Shown: one piece after another, positions 28,341 to 38,931 of the stretch
Layout: each line of letters begins with the position of its first letter
Position numbering within the stretch: the stretch's first letter is position 1
Assembly (NCBI GenBank): GCA_017409005.1
Contig: JAFQTP010000007.1
Location: 28,854 to 92,853, forward strand
Length of the DNA stretch: 64,000 nt
Direction: 5' to 3'
Source: Clostridia bacterium
GTDB lineage: Bacteria; Bacillota; Clostridia; Christensenellales; UBA1242
Position numbers and translations under genes: made by a program
Notes under the pieces: model-generated
What the model was told of the DNA's origin: nothing
The model's input: the letters and a program-made list of their open reading frames with translations, nothing else
Databases searched by the model: none

Positions 28341-30470
28341 ATGGATATAAAACAATTGAATGATAAAAATACAATACATTTTAATTTTACCTATGCGGCC
28401 TTAGAATTATTAGGTAAAAACTTATATTCAAATGTATGGAATGCTCTTTCGGAATTAGTTGCAAATGGTATTGATGCAAAAGCAAAAGAAATTAAAATCT
28501 TAATAGACATGACAAATAAAGAACATTCAACCATTGATATTTATGATAATGGTTCTGGTATGGATTATTTAGATTTGGCAAACAGATATGTATTGTTGGG
28601 TAGAAATAAAAGGGATGATATTATTGATAATCATACCATAAAATACCCGATGGGTAGAAAAGGAATTGGTAAACTCGCAGCTTTATATTTGTCAAAAGAT
28701 TTTTATATTATAACAAAAAAAGATTTTAAGAAATCTACTTGGAATTTAAATTTATTAAAAATAACTGAGAACGATATACCAAATATAAAAAAAGTTGAAG
28801 CAAGAAATGATATATCAGAATTAGAAAAGGATTTAAATTTCCAACAATCTGGAACAATCTTACATCTTACAGATGTGGACATGTCGAATATAGGGGTGCA
28901 AACTATAAATGCTTTCAAGGCAAGGCTTGCGGATTTTTATTTGGTAAATTCACTAGATTGCAGTATTTCCGTTGCATTGAAAGATAGAAATACAAAAAAA
29001 GAAGAAATCGTATTCGATGAGGTGAAAAAATCTATTGCATATAAAAACTTCTTTGCGTTGTATGATAATAGCAATAATAATATACAAAAACATATGAAAA
29101 ATAATGTTGTTATCAAATCTAGTGTTCCATCTGTAGAGATGAAATTAAGAAATACTGTAATTTTAAATCAAAATGATTATCCTAGAGTATCGGGAGAGAA
29201 GGAGTTTGTAGATAAGTTTGGAAATAAGAGGGTCATTCCTTATAATATGGTGGGTTGGATTGCAATGCATTCTGCAATAGAAAAAGATTATGCAGTGAAA
29301 AATGACCCCTTGTTTATGAAAAATAATACTTATAGACCAAACCAACTACGGGTATACATAAGAAATAAATTGGCAGTGGCTAATTTTCTACCATATTTAA
29401 AAAACACACAAATATTTGGAAATTATATAGAAGGTGAAATTAGTTTTGATATTTTAGATGATGATTTTTTGCCTGATATAACAACATCAAATAGACAAGA
29501 TTTACAACAAGAAGATGAACGAGTTATTTTATTAATAGAGATATTGAAACCTATAATTAATAAATTGATATCGGAACGTATCAAAGTTGCCAATGATATA
29601 AAAAGGGAAGAAGAACTATTTTTTGAAAAACAGAAATTAGAATTACAAAAAATAAAAGATCAAGCTGAACTTAAAGTTGAATCTTTAGAAAAAGATAATA
29701 AGTCGTTAAAATATGACATTGCATTAAAAAACAAAGATTTGAAAAGTGAAAAGAAAAGGAATAGTTTTCTTAATAGCAGTTTGAGGATCGATCAAAAAGA
29801 ATTTATGCAGAGATTGCATATGTTTCAAATTAATTTAGGAACTATTAATAATATTATCGCAAAATGGATAAAAAAGCATTCACGAAATAATTTAAAGATT
29901 GAAAACATTTTACCTGACATAAAAACAATTTCTTATACCATAGAGAAGATGCGTGGTAACTTAAAATATAGCAGTTACGCAAGCTTTAATACTCAAGATG
30001 AATATATTGAAGGCGACTTATTCGCTTTTATTAACGAATTCTGTAAACTAACTTATGGCGATTATAAGTTATTAAATGTGTATGTAAATAACCCAAACAA
30101 TTTGGAATGTCAAATAAGTTTTTCTCCTCAAGATATTTCCGTTATAATTTGTAATATTGTAAGCAATTCAGAAAAACACAGGTCTAAAAACTTATTTTTT
30201 GAGCTCGGTCGAGATTCTAAAGGAAACTATTTTATTAAAGCTATAAATGATGGTAAGTCGTTTGATTTTAACACGATTAATAATAAAAAAGAATTGTTTG
30301 AATTTGGGAAAGGGTTTACCCCAACAGGGAATGGTGTTGGCTTATACCATATCAAAAATATCATTGAAACAAAGATGTGCGGACAAGTGGATATAGATGA
30401 TACTAGAAAAAAAGGATTTGAGATACAGATGAGGTTTAAAAATGAAAGATTTAAAAATAATGTGGATTGA
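28341..30470 (+). CDS. MORC-like GHKL ATPase fused to a histidine-kinase module
   Basis: N-terminal ELVANGIDA/DNGSGM/GRKGIGK; coiled coil; LHMF H-box candidate; C-terminal SNSEKH/NDG/GNGVGLY. Confidence 0.8.
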   Translation: MDIKQLNDKNTIHFNFTYAALELLGKNLYSNVWNALSELVANGIDAKAKEIKILIDMTNKEHSTIDIYDNGSGMDYLDLANRYVLLGRNKRDDIIDNHTIKYPMGRKGIGKLAALYLSKDFYIITKKDFKKSTWNLNLLKITENDIPNIKKVEARNDISELEKDLNFQQSGTILHLTDVDMSNIGVQTINAFKARLADFYLVNSLDCSISVALKDRNTKKEEIVFDEVKKSIAYKNFFALYDNSNNNIQKHMKNNVVIKSSVPSVEMKLRNTVILNQNDYPRVSGEKEFVDKFGNKRVIPYNMVGWIAMHSAIEKDYAVKNDPLFMKNNTYRPNQLRVYIRNKLAVANFLPYLKNTQIFGNYIEGEISFDILDDDFLPDITTSNRQDLQQEDERVILLIEILKPIINKLISERIKVANDIKREEELFFEKQKLELQKIKDQAELKVESLEKDNKSLKYDIALKNKDLKSEKKRNSFLNSSLRIDQKEFMQRLHMFQINLGTINNIIAKWIKKHSRNNLKIENILPDIKTISYTIEKMRGNLKYSSYASFNTQDEYIEGDLFAFINEFCKLTYGDYKLLNVYVNNPNNLECQISFSPQDISVIICNIVSNSEKHRSKNLFFELGRDSKGNYFIKAINDGKSFDFNTINNKKELFEFGKGFTPTGNGVGLYHIKNIIETKMCGQVDIDDTRKKGFEIQMRFKNERFKNNVD

Positions 30471-31425
30471 TGATTCTGAAGAGTGGTTTAACAGCCAAAA
30501 AGATAGTTTAGAGGTTAATCTTGAAGATGTTGGTATTAGTGTGGATTTTGAATACTGTAAAAATGCAAATATTTTAACAAACAAAGTGTTAAAACAACCA
30601 AGGTTTGAAATGTATGATATAATCTTTATTGATTATTCGCTTTCAAATAATATTGTCGGCGATGAAATAATAAAAAGGATTCGAGATAATGATATATTAG
30701 TAGATATCATATTTTATTCAGCCTCAAAAGAAAAGGAACTCATTGACAAGATAAAAACGAATATTGCTTTAATTGACGGGTTAACAATTGCAAATAAAGA
30801 TAATTTTATTGATAAGGCTTTTAATTCTATTTGTAAAATGGCACAAAAGAAAAAATCTATAACTAATATGAGAGGTGTTCTAGCAAATGTAACATCAGAA
30901 AATGATTTCGTGATAAATTCATATATTATGGAAAATTTCAAAAATATTTCTGAAACAAAACAACAAGAAATATTAGATTTGTTTTTAAAAAATCAAGAAG
31001 ATAATAAAAAAGAGATAAATGAATCTATCGATAGTTATAAAAGCAAAGGAAAGATTACTAGTATTAATAAGTTTTTAAAAGAAAAATTTTTTCCTTTGGA
31101 ATTAAAATATCGTATTTTTGCTATGATTGCTGAAGAGTTGCACGATGAAGATGCAAAAGGTTTTAATATTGAGGAATATTTTAAAACAATAGTATCATCT
31201 AGAAATAAGTTATCTCACAAAAAGCTGGATATTTGCTCCAAAGGTTCATATTTAAAATATTTCGACAATCTAAAACAATTTAATGAAAGGATATGCCCTA
31301 GAGATTGTAATAATCATTCAGATGAAAATAAAATTTCTTGTTCAGAGTGGGAAAATATAAAATTACAGGCATACTCCTACTGCAGTTTATTAACTTCAAT
31401 TTTTAACAAATTAACAAATGAGTGA
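30442..31425 (+). CDS. Receiver-domain protein with putative C-terminal HEPN motif
   Basis: IMWIDD, IIFIDYSL and IIFYSA receiver motifs; RNKLSH (Rx4H). Confidence 0.7.
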   Translation: MKDLKIMWIDDSEEWFNSQKDSLEVNLEDVGISVDFEYCKNANILTNKVLKQPRFEMYDIIFIDYSLSNNIVGDEIIKRIRDNDILVDIIFYSASKEKELIDKIKTNIALIDGLTIANKDNFIDKAFNSICKMAQKKKSITNMRGVLANVTSENDFVINSYIMENFKNISETKQQEILDLFLKNQEDNKKEINESIDSYKSKGKITSINKFLKEKFFPLELKYRIFAMIAEELHDEDAKGFNIEEYFKTIVSSRNKLSHKKLDICSKGSYLKYFDNLKQFNERICPRDCNNHSDENKISCSEWENIKLQAYSYCSLLTSIFNKLTNE

Positions 31426-31436
31426 AAAGTAATCAC

Positions 31437-31466
31437 AAAAGCACTAGATTAACCTAGTGCTTTTTT
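31437..31466 (+). terminator. Intrinsic terminator
   Basis: AAAAGCACTAG-ATTAAC-CTAGTGCTTTTTT. Confidence 0.8.
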
Positions 31467-31716
31467 GTATATAAATTCTTGGTTTGTTTTACTTTTGAAC
31501 AAGTTTTATAGTGCAATAAGCATCACTTTTTGTGGGTCTCTTCAAAATATTAGAGAAAGACACTGCAATTGATGAAACACTATTTTAACCCAACCCAAAC
31601 ATATATTTCCTACCTAAATTCACTTAAAATCAAACATTAAGTGGTTTGTTTAGCAATAAAGTCGCTAATTTTTTGGTAATATATGGAAATTTAATTTATC
31701 TATGCTATAATATTTA

Positions 31717-31790
31717 ATGTCTTTATGTATCTAAAAGTTCATATAGTCTCCACTATTGTTTCCAAATGTTCATATAGCCACCACCTAAAT
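31717..31790 (+). repeat. 74-bp direct repeat, copy 1
   Basis: Matches 35769-35842 with 3 mismatches. Confidence 0.85.
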
Positions 31791-31898
31791 TAAATAAAGT
31801 CGATTTTTCAAAATGTTTCGTTTTTTATTAGCACCTTTTAAAACAATTTGTGATATACTTAAAATATCAAATACAATAAATATGTATTAGGAGGTTTT

Positions 31899-32636
31899 AT
31901 GAAAAAGAAATTTCTAACATTTTTATTAGCAATATGCTTAATTTTACCTTGTGCATTTGCTTTAACAGCATGTGGTAAAGATGATGATAAACTAACAAAG
32001 ACTCAATATCTTACAATGTTAAATGATGTTTCAACTGCTTGCGAAAATTATCTTTCAAGTATTGAATCTAAACCACAAGTTCTTGCAATGAGTTATAATA
32101 TAAACGATAATGACTATGAAGAAGTTGATAATGAAGAAGCAATGGTTGATATGATAAAAGCAAATATTGCACTTATTTATTTAGTTGAAAATATTTATAG
32201 CAGAGATGACTATGCTGTGAATAATGGTGTTGACGAATATATTGTAAGCACATTAGATTGGACGGCAAGAGCAAGAATGCAAGTTAACTATAACAAATCA
32301 ACAAACATAACAACAATAACAATTTATTGGCTTAGTGGACACGATATTCAATATTTCATATTTGATATTAATTATAATTATTCAGAAGAAGAGTTAAACT
32401 CATTTACTATAACTGGTTTATATGGAACTGAGATGAGTTCTGATTTTGACACAAGAAAATTTAAATATGAAAATGGCAAATTGTATATGCTAAAACAAGA
32501 AGTTGAATATTATGGCGAATTCAAAACAGATGTTAAAAATAAAATGCTAGCATTTAGAACTTTTAACAAGCAAATGTCTGAAATGCCAGATTATTCAATA
32601 GAATATGCTGGTGCTTGCGAACGAGCAGGAATATAG
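31899..32636 (+). CDS. Lipoprotein
   Basis: MKKKFLTFLLAICLILPCAFALTAC lipobox. Confidence 0.8.
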   Translation: MKKKFLTFLLAICLILPCAFALTACGKDDDKLTKTQYLTMLNDVSTACENYLSSIESKPQVLAMSYNINDNDYEEVDNEEAMVDMIKANIALIYLVENIYSRDDYAVNNGVDEYIVSTLDWTARARMQVNYNKSTNITTITIYWLSGHDIQYFIFDINYNYSEEELNSFTITGLYGTEMSSDFDTRKFKYENGKLYMLKQEVEYYGEFKTDVKNKMLAFRTFNKQMSEMPDYSIEYAGACERAGI

Positions 32637-32649
32637 GAGGAATAATTAT

Positions 32650-34572
32650 ATGAAGAAGAAAATTTTAACTTTTATATTTGCTTTATCTTTAATAATTCCT
32701 TGTGGGATTATGTTAACTGCTTGTGGTAAAGACCCAAATGAGCCTTCGCCAAACAATGCTGTTTCTGTTACAATAGACTTTATATTGGATGAGGATTTCC
32801 AGTTTGGCGATCAGTGGAGTGTTGATGAGGCAACCAACACCTATACAACTACATATTTGAATGGATTTGTTTGGGGAAGTAGTTATATGTTTGAGGTCGT
32901 TGCCACAACAGAAAATGGAGATACAAGACACTTATATGAGGTTACAGAACAAAATACTGCTGGTTATAAAGTAGAAACTAACATGCCTGATACGAATGGT
33001 CGTTTACCAGTTGGCACATATACATATAAATTATACTGTGAAAGCTTTAATAATGGTATTTATAAAACAGAAGCTTGTGAAAGTGAAACATATACCATTA
33101 TTATTGAAAAAGAACCTATTGAATTGGAAGGAGGTTGGCAGTATAACGGCGGTAACTCCTATCATGGGGATTATATTTCGGTTGATTTAAATTTGATGGC
33201 AAGATGGCAAAATTCACAAATTAGTCTAGAAGATGTTGGCATTACAAATTTAAGTTATGTTGACGAAGCTCCTTATACAAGAAGACAAAAGAATGTTGGT
33301 GACTATACAGCAAAGGTAGAATATGAAGCTGATACTGCTAACTTTAATTATATTGGTGATGGTCTTCCTGAAAAAGAATTTGAGTGGTCTATTGAAAAAG
33401 GTAATGTTCAATCTTTAATGGGTTTAATTTGGAATAGTTATCAAAATGATACTTTTGAATTTGAATATGGAACACAAGTTACACCTATATATAGTCTTGA
33501 AGAACTTTCTCAAAATTTAGATGACCAAAACATTATAACATTAACTGGTCTAAAAGTTAATGGAGTGCTTGTTGATAGCTATCCACTTACATTTTCAAAT
33601 GTCGGAACATACACAGTTACACCTGTGATTGTTCAAAATGACACAGAAAATTATGAAGTTGTTGACTACGAAAGTGCTGAATATTCTCGCACATGGACAA
33701 TTACTAAAAAGAAATTTAATGCAAGTGATTTTACTTGGAGCAGTGATAATATTCAGCCTTATACTGGCTGGCCTCAAACGGTTAGGTTCAACTATCCAGA
33801 CAGTGCGGCAGAATGCTTAAACATACAACCTGTAATAGACATTGATAATAACATCACTAACGAGGCAACAAACGCTGGAACATACACCGCAAAAATAACT
33901 TATACTTGTCCTGAAAATTATGAAATTATTGGAACTATTCCAGTAGAATATGTATGGACAATACCAAAGGCAGAACTAACATTTGAAAATGCAAGCTGGC
34001 ATTTTGACTTTTCAGAAAAAACTCAAATACCATATCATCAGAGTTATAGTTTAAGACCACAAGTTAGATCTGTTGGCTTCCCAGTAACTTATACACATTA
34101 TGATAGTCAAAGACAGGAAGTTTCCGTTGGTTATTTAGAGTGTGGAACTTACAAGACAGTTGCAACAGTAGATTATGATACAAATAACTATTATCTTGAA
34201 GATACAAGTAAACTAGAATTTGAATGGTCTGTTGTAAAGGGAGATTACGTAATCAATTGGGCAGATTGGAAGTATTATAGTGATATAAACACTAATGAAA
34301 TCACAATTGAAGGAAATAATATAACTTTACAAACCTTGAGTTCTGGAAAATACCATATATATCTTGATTTAATGACAACACCATTTTTTAGTTTTAAATA
34401 TTCATTTGACGGTGGACAAACTTTTGTTGAACAAGGAATTGCTCCAAACGTTGATGCCGCTGTTGCTGGAAACTATACTATTACTATTGTGATTGAAGAA
34501 CTAGATTTAGAACATTACAATCCTATTGATGCAACAACTTTCACTTTGAATGTAAACATTGTTGAAGCTTAA
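32650..34572 (+). CDS. Large lipoprotein with repeated beta-rich (MBG-like) domains
   Basis: LTAC lipobox; repeated (N/V)xGxYT...NY...W(T/S)IxK units. Confidence 0.75.
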   Translation: MKKKILTFIFALSLIIPCGIMLTACGKDPNEPSPNNAVSVTIDFILDEDFQFGDQWSVDEATNTYTTTYLNGFVWGSSYMFEVVATTENGDTRHLYEVTEQNTAGYKVETNMPDTNGRLPVGTYTYKLYCESFNNGIYKTEACESETYTIIIEKEPIELEGGWQYNGGNSYHGDYISVDLNLMARWQNSQISLEDVGITNLSYVDEAPYTRRQKNVGDYTAKVEYEADTANFNYIGDGLPEKEFEWSIEKGNVQSLMGLIWNSYQNDTFEFEYGTQVTPIYSLEELSQNLDDQNIITLTGLKVNGVLVDSYPLTFSNVGTYTVTPVIVQNDTENYEVVDYESAEYSRTWTITKKKFNASDFTWSSDNIQPYTGWPQTVRFNYPDSAAECLNIQPVIDIDNNITNEATNAGTYTAKITYTCPENYEIIGTIPVEYVWTIPKAELTFENASWHFDFSEKTQIPYHQSYSLRPQVRSVGFPVTYTHYDSQRQEVSVGYLECGTYKTVATVDYDTNNYYLEDTSKLEFEWSVVKGDYVINWADWKYYSDINTNEITIEGNNITLQTLSSGKYHIYLDLMTTPFFSFKYSFDGGQTFVEQGIAPNVDAAVAGNYTITIVIEELDLEHYNPIDATTFTLNVNIVEA

Positions 34573-34892
34573 TAAAATTTAAAACCTATTAGGAAATATC
34601 CTAGTAGGTTTTTTGTTTATGGTTATATAGCATAAAAAGCCAAGAGTTTTAACTCCTGGCTTATGTTTTATATATCTAAATTTAGTTTTTTTCAATACCT
34701 ATCAAAAAACCTATTTTGGATTCTTTCCAGTTTCATTGTTTATCTCTTTTCAAAGTTAAATAGTTTAGTGATGACTTTGGTTCTGGTCTTTCATAGTAAA
34801 CAATTATGCCAGCATTTCCTTTTGCAAAAACATAATCAATAATTTCAATATAAAAAGTCGCATTTGACCGAGCGTTCAAACGCGACTTTATC

Positions 34893-34917
34893 TGGCGGAG
34901 CATGAGGGACTCGAACC
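34893..34917 (-). other. Diverged tRNA 3'-end fragment (att remnant)
   Basis: Minus strand GGTTCGAGTCCCTCATGCTCCGCCA, followed by a hairpin AAAGTCGC...GCGACTTT. Confidence 0.6.
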
Positions 34918-34928
34918 GAACCGCATAT

Positions 34929-35672
34929 TTATATATCATTTTTATTAAATTTGCAGCAATTATTTAGTGGGCAATGTAAACAATTCGGATTAGTTGGATG
35001 ACAGAAATTTCTTCCTATTTCCCAACATGAACTATCTATTATGCCTGGGAATTCGGGATATAATTCTCGGGCTTTATATAATACAAGATTTATATCTTCT
35101 TGATTTGAAATTAACTCCAATCTGTACATTATTCTTTTAATATGTACATCTGGAGAAATATCGATAGAATAATAATCACTTAATTCAATGTTATACTCTC
35201 TAACAAGTATGTTAGTTGCCATTGTTGCAATTTTTATTCCACATCCTCTAAATTGCAAAAACTTATAAATAACACTTGCACTACTTGGTTTGTTTTTCCA
35301 TATTTGTGAGATATCATCATTATAATCATTATGAATTTTTTGAACCCCATCATAAAACACTTTAGCCATATGTTCGTTATATCTGTGTGGTTTAAATTTA
35401 AAAAACCAATCTCTAATATTTTCATAAGATATGTGTGATAATTTTTCCATATCAAAAGCATTAAAGTGTTTGCATAATAGATAAGGTATTTTCCATGCTT
35501 TTTCAGCCTTTATACCTCTATCCATTAAACATGATAAAACATATAAATGTGAAAATTTTTCTAAATTATTAAAACATGCATCAATTTCATCTTCTCCTGT
35601 AAATTGATGTCTTTTTATTGTATTTTTTAAATCATAAAATCTTCTTTTTGATATTTCTACAAGTGGATGCAT
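34929..35672 (-). CDS. HhH-GPD / endonuclease III-like DNA glycosylase with Fe-S motif
   Basis: FRGCGIKIATM HhH, PDVHIKRI, and CHPTNPNCLHCPLNNCC cluster motif. Confidence 0.82.
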   Translation of the reverse strand: MHPLVEISKRRFYDLKNTIKRHQFTGEDEIDACFNNLEKFSHLYVLSCLMDRGIKAEKAWKIPYLLCKHFNAFDMEKLSHISYENIRDWFFKFKPHRYNEHMAKVFYDGVQKIHNDYNDDISQIWKNKPSSASVIYKFLQFRGCGIKIATMATNILVREYNIELSDYYSIDISPDVHIKRIMYRLELISNQEDINLVLYKARELYPEFPGIIDSSCWEIGRNFCHPTNPNCLHCPLNNCCKFNKNDI

Positions 35673-35768
35673 TTTTTCTCCTTTGCGTTCTATTTATTAT
35701 ACCATATTTTAATTAAAATTTATAATAAAAAATCCACCCTTACCATAATGGTACGGATGGACGATTTT

Positions 35769-35842
35769 ATGTCTTTATGTACCTAAAAGTTCATATAGTC
35801 ACCACTATTGTTTCCAAATGTTCATATGGCCACCACCTAAAT
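35769..35842 (+). repeat. 74-bp direct repeat, copy 2
   Basis: Matches 31717-31790. Confidence 0.85.
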
Positions 35843-35958
35843 AGAGTAAAAGAAAAAGTCTAAACCTGCGATATAAAGCGAGATTTAGACTTTTTTAATC
35901 ATTGACATTTTATATGAATATTTTGTGACATTTAAGTGAATAAATATGACTTTTATTA

Positions 35959-36885
35959 TTAGATTCTATCTGCATAAGGCAATGATTTTATATAATCTTC
36001 CATAAATGTCCAATCGGGTTGATTGTTTTTTACTGGTAATTTAATTATGTGATTATTATAATCTTTTTGTCTATATTGTCTACCATATGAATTTTTATAT
36101 TTATCTTTTGTTATAATTGTAGAAATAAATATTGCATTATATTTATTTAAGTTTACATTTTTTAAAACAAGAATATTATCATCACATTTAAATTCATTTT
36201 CATAATAAAAGCTATTTCCAAACATATCTATAGTAATTGCATTATAATAACTTTTTTGTTCAGAATTTGATATTTTGGAAACAACACCATAATTTTCATA
36301 TCCTGCTGTTACAAAAGGAATATGTCCAACTATCCTATCTTCTTTTGTTAGTCTACATCCTCGTTCCATTTTGAAAATTTTTGAAAGTTTAAATTCTTTC
36401 CAATTTGTATAATCTGTTAATAGATTGTTTTCTTTTACTCTCGTAGTAATAGTTTTTACCTTATAATCTTGTATTATACTATCGCATACATTTAATTCAG
36501 GTATTTCAATTTCAGGAAAAGTTTTATTTGCAGCCCTACCATAACTATATCTATATTTATTTTTAGAAATACACATCGCATAAAATAATTTTTGTTCTAA
36601 TGTTAACTCAATTTTAGGTGTTAACACGTACAAATCTCTTCCACTATAATAGTCTTCTGTTTGAACAAAACACGACAAAACCGAACCACTTGTTGCTAAA
36701 CTTAATGTTCCTGCTTTTTGAGGATTTAATCCTTCAATTAATTTTACCCTTGAAACAACTCCGTTATTATTGCTTGTTCTCGCTACAAAGTTAACAGAAT
36801 TGTCATCTCTATCTTTGGTTTCTTGGCAATTAATCAATTCAAGATTTACACCATATTTATAATCAAATAAGTCTTTAATCTTCAT
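35959..36885 (-). CDS. R-M specificity subunit (BcgI beta-like)
   Basis: Two TRD-like halves (NNGV...YSYGR; NYGV...SYGR...IKLPV..NQPDWTFMEDYIKSL). Confidence 0.8.
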   Translation of the reverse strand: MKIKDLFDYKYGVNLELINCQETKDRDDNSVNFVARTSNNNGVVSRVKLIEGLNPQKAGTLSLATSGSVLSCFVQTEDYYSGRDLYVLTPKIELTLEQKLFYAMCISKNKYRYSYGRAANKTFPEIEIPELNVCDSIIQDYKVKTITTRVKENNLLTDYTNWKEFKLSKIFKMERGCRLTKEDRIVGHIPFVTAGYENYGVVSKISNSEQKSYYNAITIDMFGNSFYYENEFKCDDNILVLKNVNLNKYNAIFISTIITKDKYKNSYGRQYRQKDYNNHIIKLPVKNNQPDWTFMEDYIKSLPYADRI

Positions 36886-38740
36886 ACACATCACCATTTT
36901 TAACTAAATATGCAAGATAATCATTGACTGTTTGCTGAAAATCAGATTGGGTTAAAGTTGAGTAGTCAGTTTTCATATATGCTTCACACAGCCATTCATC
37001 TTCATGTGTTACGCATTGTAAAGCAGATTTACCGTCCACGACCTTTTTATTTTCATATAAATCAAGCCATTCTTTTTCTATATCTTCCCATTTGTTGTAA
37101 TAATCAATTCTTCCCATTTTCTTTCTTTTAACAAATCCATCATCTTTACAATATCCAAAGAATGTAGGTTTAGAACTGTCATGAGATTTATGAGCTTCCC
37201 ATACCATAACACAAACATTTGTTCCAGTTGGATAAAATATATCATCTGGCATGCTAAAAACAGCTTTCAATGTATGATAATTAAATAGTCGCTCTCTTAC
37301 TTCTTTAAATTTTGTTCCAATTGCACAACTCATAGGAACAACAGCAACAGCTAGCCCTCTAGGTTCTAGAATATTTAAAAGCCTTTCTACAAACTCCAAC
37401 TCACATTTATCTTCTTGAGCATATGGCGGATTAATTAAACCCAAAGACAAATGCTTATTTTTTAAATTATTATATATTTCTTGGGAGAAACAATCGCCAC
37501 ATACAATATTTGATTTTCCATCTTTACGAATAATCATATTTGTAATAGCTAAAGTGTACAAATCAGTATCAAGTTCTACACCATACAATCCATTTTTCTT
37601 TATCTCCAATATTTCAGAAGCATTTGCATCTTTACACATTAAACCCATAGCGGTAACAAGAAACGATGCCGAACCACAACATATATCCACAACCTTACTT
37701 TGTTTATTAATTTCCCCCAACTTACACATAAAGTCTGTCAAATGTTTAGGAGTTAAAACAATTCCTAAGCCTTTTCCATCGGTAGAGCTATATTTGATAA
37801 ATTCGTGATAGAAAATACTTAAAGCATCTTCAGTATATTCATAATGGTTCATCATAGGCAAAATTCTCATCTCAAGTTGCTCAATAAACCAAGCCAAAGA
37901 ACCATTTTCACCTAAAGGAATTGATTTAATTTTCTCATTACTTTTAATTCTTCTAAAAGAACTTTTTATAGCTTCTATTTTTTCTCTCTTTATATCGCTA
38001 TTATCAAGAGTTTCCTCAATTGAATCAATCATTAATTTTACTAAACTATTGAATGAATTTATATTATTCCAAGTATTTCTAAAATCTGCATTTTGTAAAG
38101 CAATAAGCATTCCGGCAATAAAAATAGGCTTGTCCTTTTCTGAAATTTTAATTTGTCTCAATTTCTCATGCATAATTTGAGACAATTCTCTGATTTCTTG
38201 TAAAGAAAACTTTCTTTCAAGTTTTTTACCTTCTACAAGATTTAAATAGTTCAATGGCTCTAATATTGTGTCTTTTGCTTTTTTAAGCTCCTGATAATCT
38301 TCAAATCCTTTTTTCCAATAAAAAGTATTAACCTTAACATTATCTTTAGAAGTACCACTAACTGCAACAGCAACAACATTATAATCTTCTTTTAGATGTT
38401 TTGCATAAAATAGGGCACCGTCTACAGCATATTTTTGAGGCATATTCTTTTCCATACTCTCATGATCTTTAGTAGACTTCTTGCATTCAACTAAAATAAT
38501 AGTGTTTCTATCGTTGTTAAAAGTTACTATATATTCTGGTTTTGCTCGACCTGTTCCAACAGTGTCATAGTCGTCCAATGAACAGATAGTAGGTTTTCCA
38601 CCCATTTCCTTTAATCTTTTCTCTATTTTATCAAAATTATCGGCTTCTCCTTGTGGAAAAACAAATCCAAAATCGTTTTCTCCCAACTCAACACCCATTT
38701 CTTTTAGTACAAGATTTTCACTATATCTTTCATTAGCCAT
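36875..38740 (-). CDS. Fused endonuclease/N6-adenine MTase (BcgI alpha-like, type IIB/IIG)
   Basis: PE...VECK nuclease motif, GIVLTP, DICCGSASFL and INPPY. Confidence 0.85.
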   Translation of the reverse strand: MANERYSENLVLKEMGVELGENDFGFVFPQGEADNFDKIEKRLKEMGGKPTICSLDDYDTVGTGRAKPEYIVTFNNDRNTIILVECKKSTKDHESMEKNMPQKYAVDGALFYAKHLKEDYNVVAVAVSGTSKDNVKVNTFYWKKGFEDYQELKKAKDTILEPLNYLNLVEGKKLERKFSLQEIRELSQIMHEKLRQIKISEKDKPIFIAGMLIALQNADFRNTWNNINSFNSLVKLMIDSIEETLDNSDIKREKIEAIKSSFRRIKSNEKIKSIPLGENGSLAWFIEQLEMRILPMMNHYEYTEDALSIFYHEFIKYSSTDGKGLGIVLTPKHLTDFMCKLGEINKQSKVVDICCGSASFLVTAMGLMCKDANASEILEIKKNGLYGVELDTDLYTLAITNMIIRKDGKSNIVCGDCFSQEIYNNLKNKHLSLGLINPPYAQEDKCELEFVERLLNILEPRGLAVAVVPMSCAIGTKFKEVRERLFNYHTLKAVFSMPDDIFYPTGTNVCVMVWEAHKSHDSSKPTFFGYCKDDGFVKRKKMGRIDYYNKWEDIEKEWLDLYENKKVVDGKSALQCVTHEDEWLCEAYMKTDYSTLTQSDFQQTVNDYLAYLVKNGDVYED

Positions 38741-38931
38741 TACTTTTTCTCCCTTTTTTGTTTAATTTCAGAACATGTTGATTTAAACTGAGTTTTATTT
38801 GAAATCATCATTTGAGCTAAGTGATTAAAAAACTCATCTACATAAATTCCTTGCTTAATTAATTCTCCATGCAACTCAGAATATAAATCTGGAACAAATC
38901 TGACCTGTACTTGTTTTGTCTTTTTGTTCAT
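38740..38931 (-). CDS. Small putative regulator of the R-M operon
   Basis: 63 aa, RBS AAGGAG, stop overlaps the MTase start; RHH-like QVQVRF. Confidence 0.55.
   Translation of the reverse strand: MNKKTKQVQVRFVPDLYSELHGELIKQGIYVDEFFNHLAQMMISNKTQFKSTCSEIKQKREKK

Noticed and set aside
31717-31790. Internal repeats as a mini CRISPR array
   Set aside because: Only two short imperfect units, the intervening sequence is the same in both copies, and no cas genes are present.
34733-34939. 68-aa ORF after the glycosylase
   Set aside because: Overlaps the tRNA relic and its hairpin; no recognisable domain, likely spurious.
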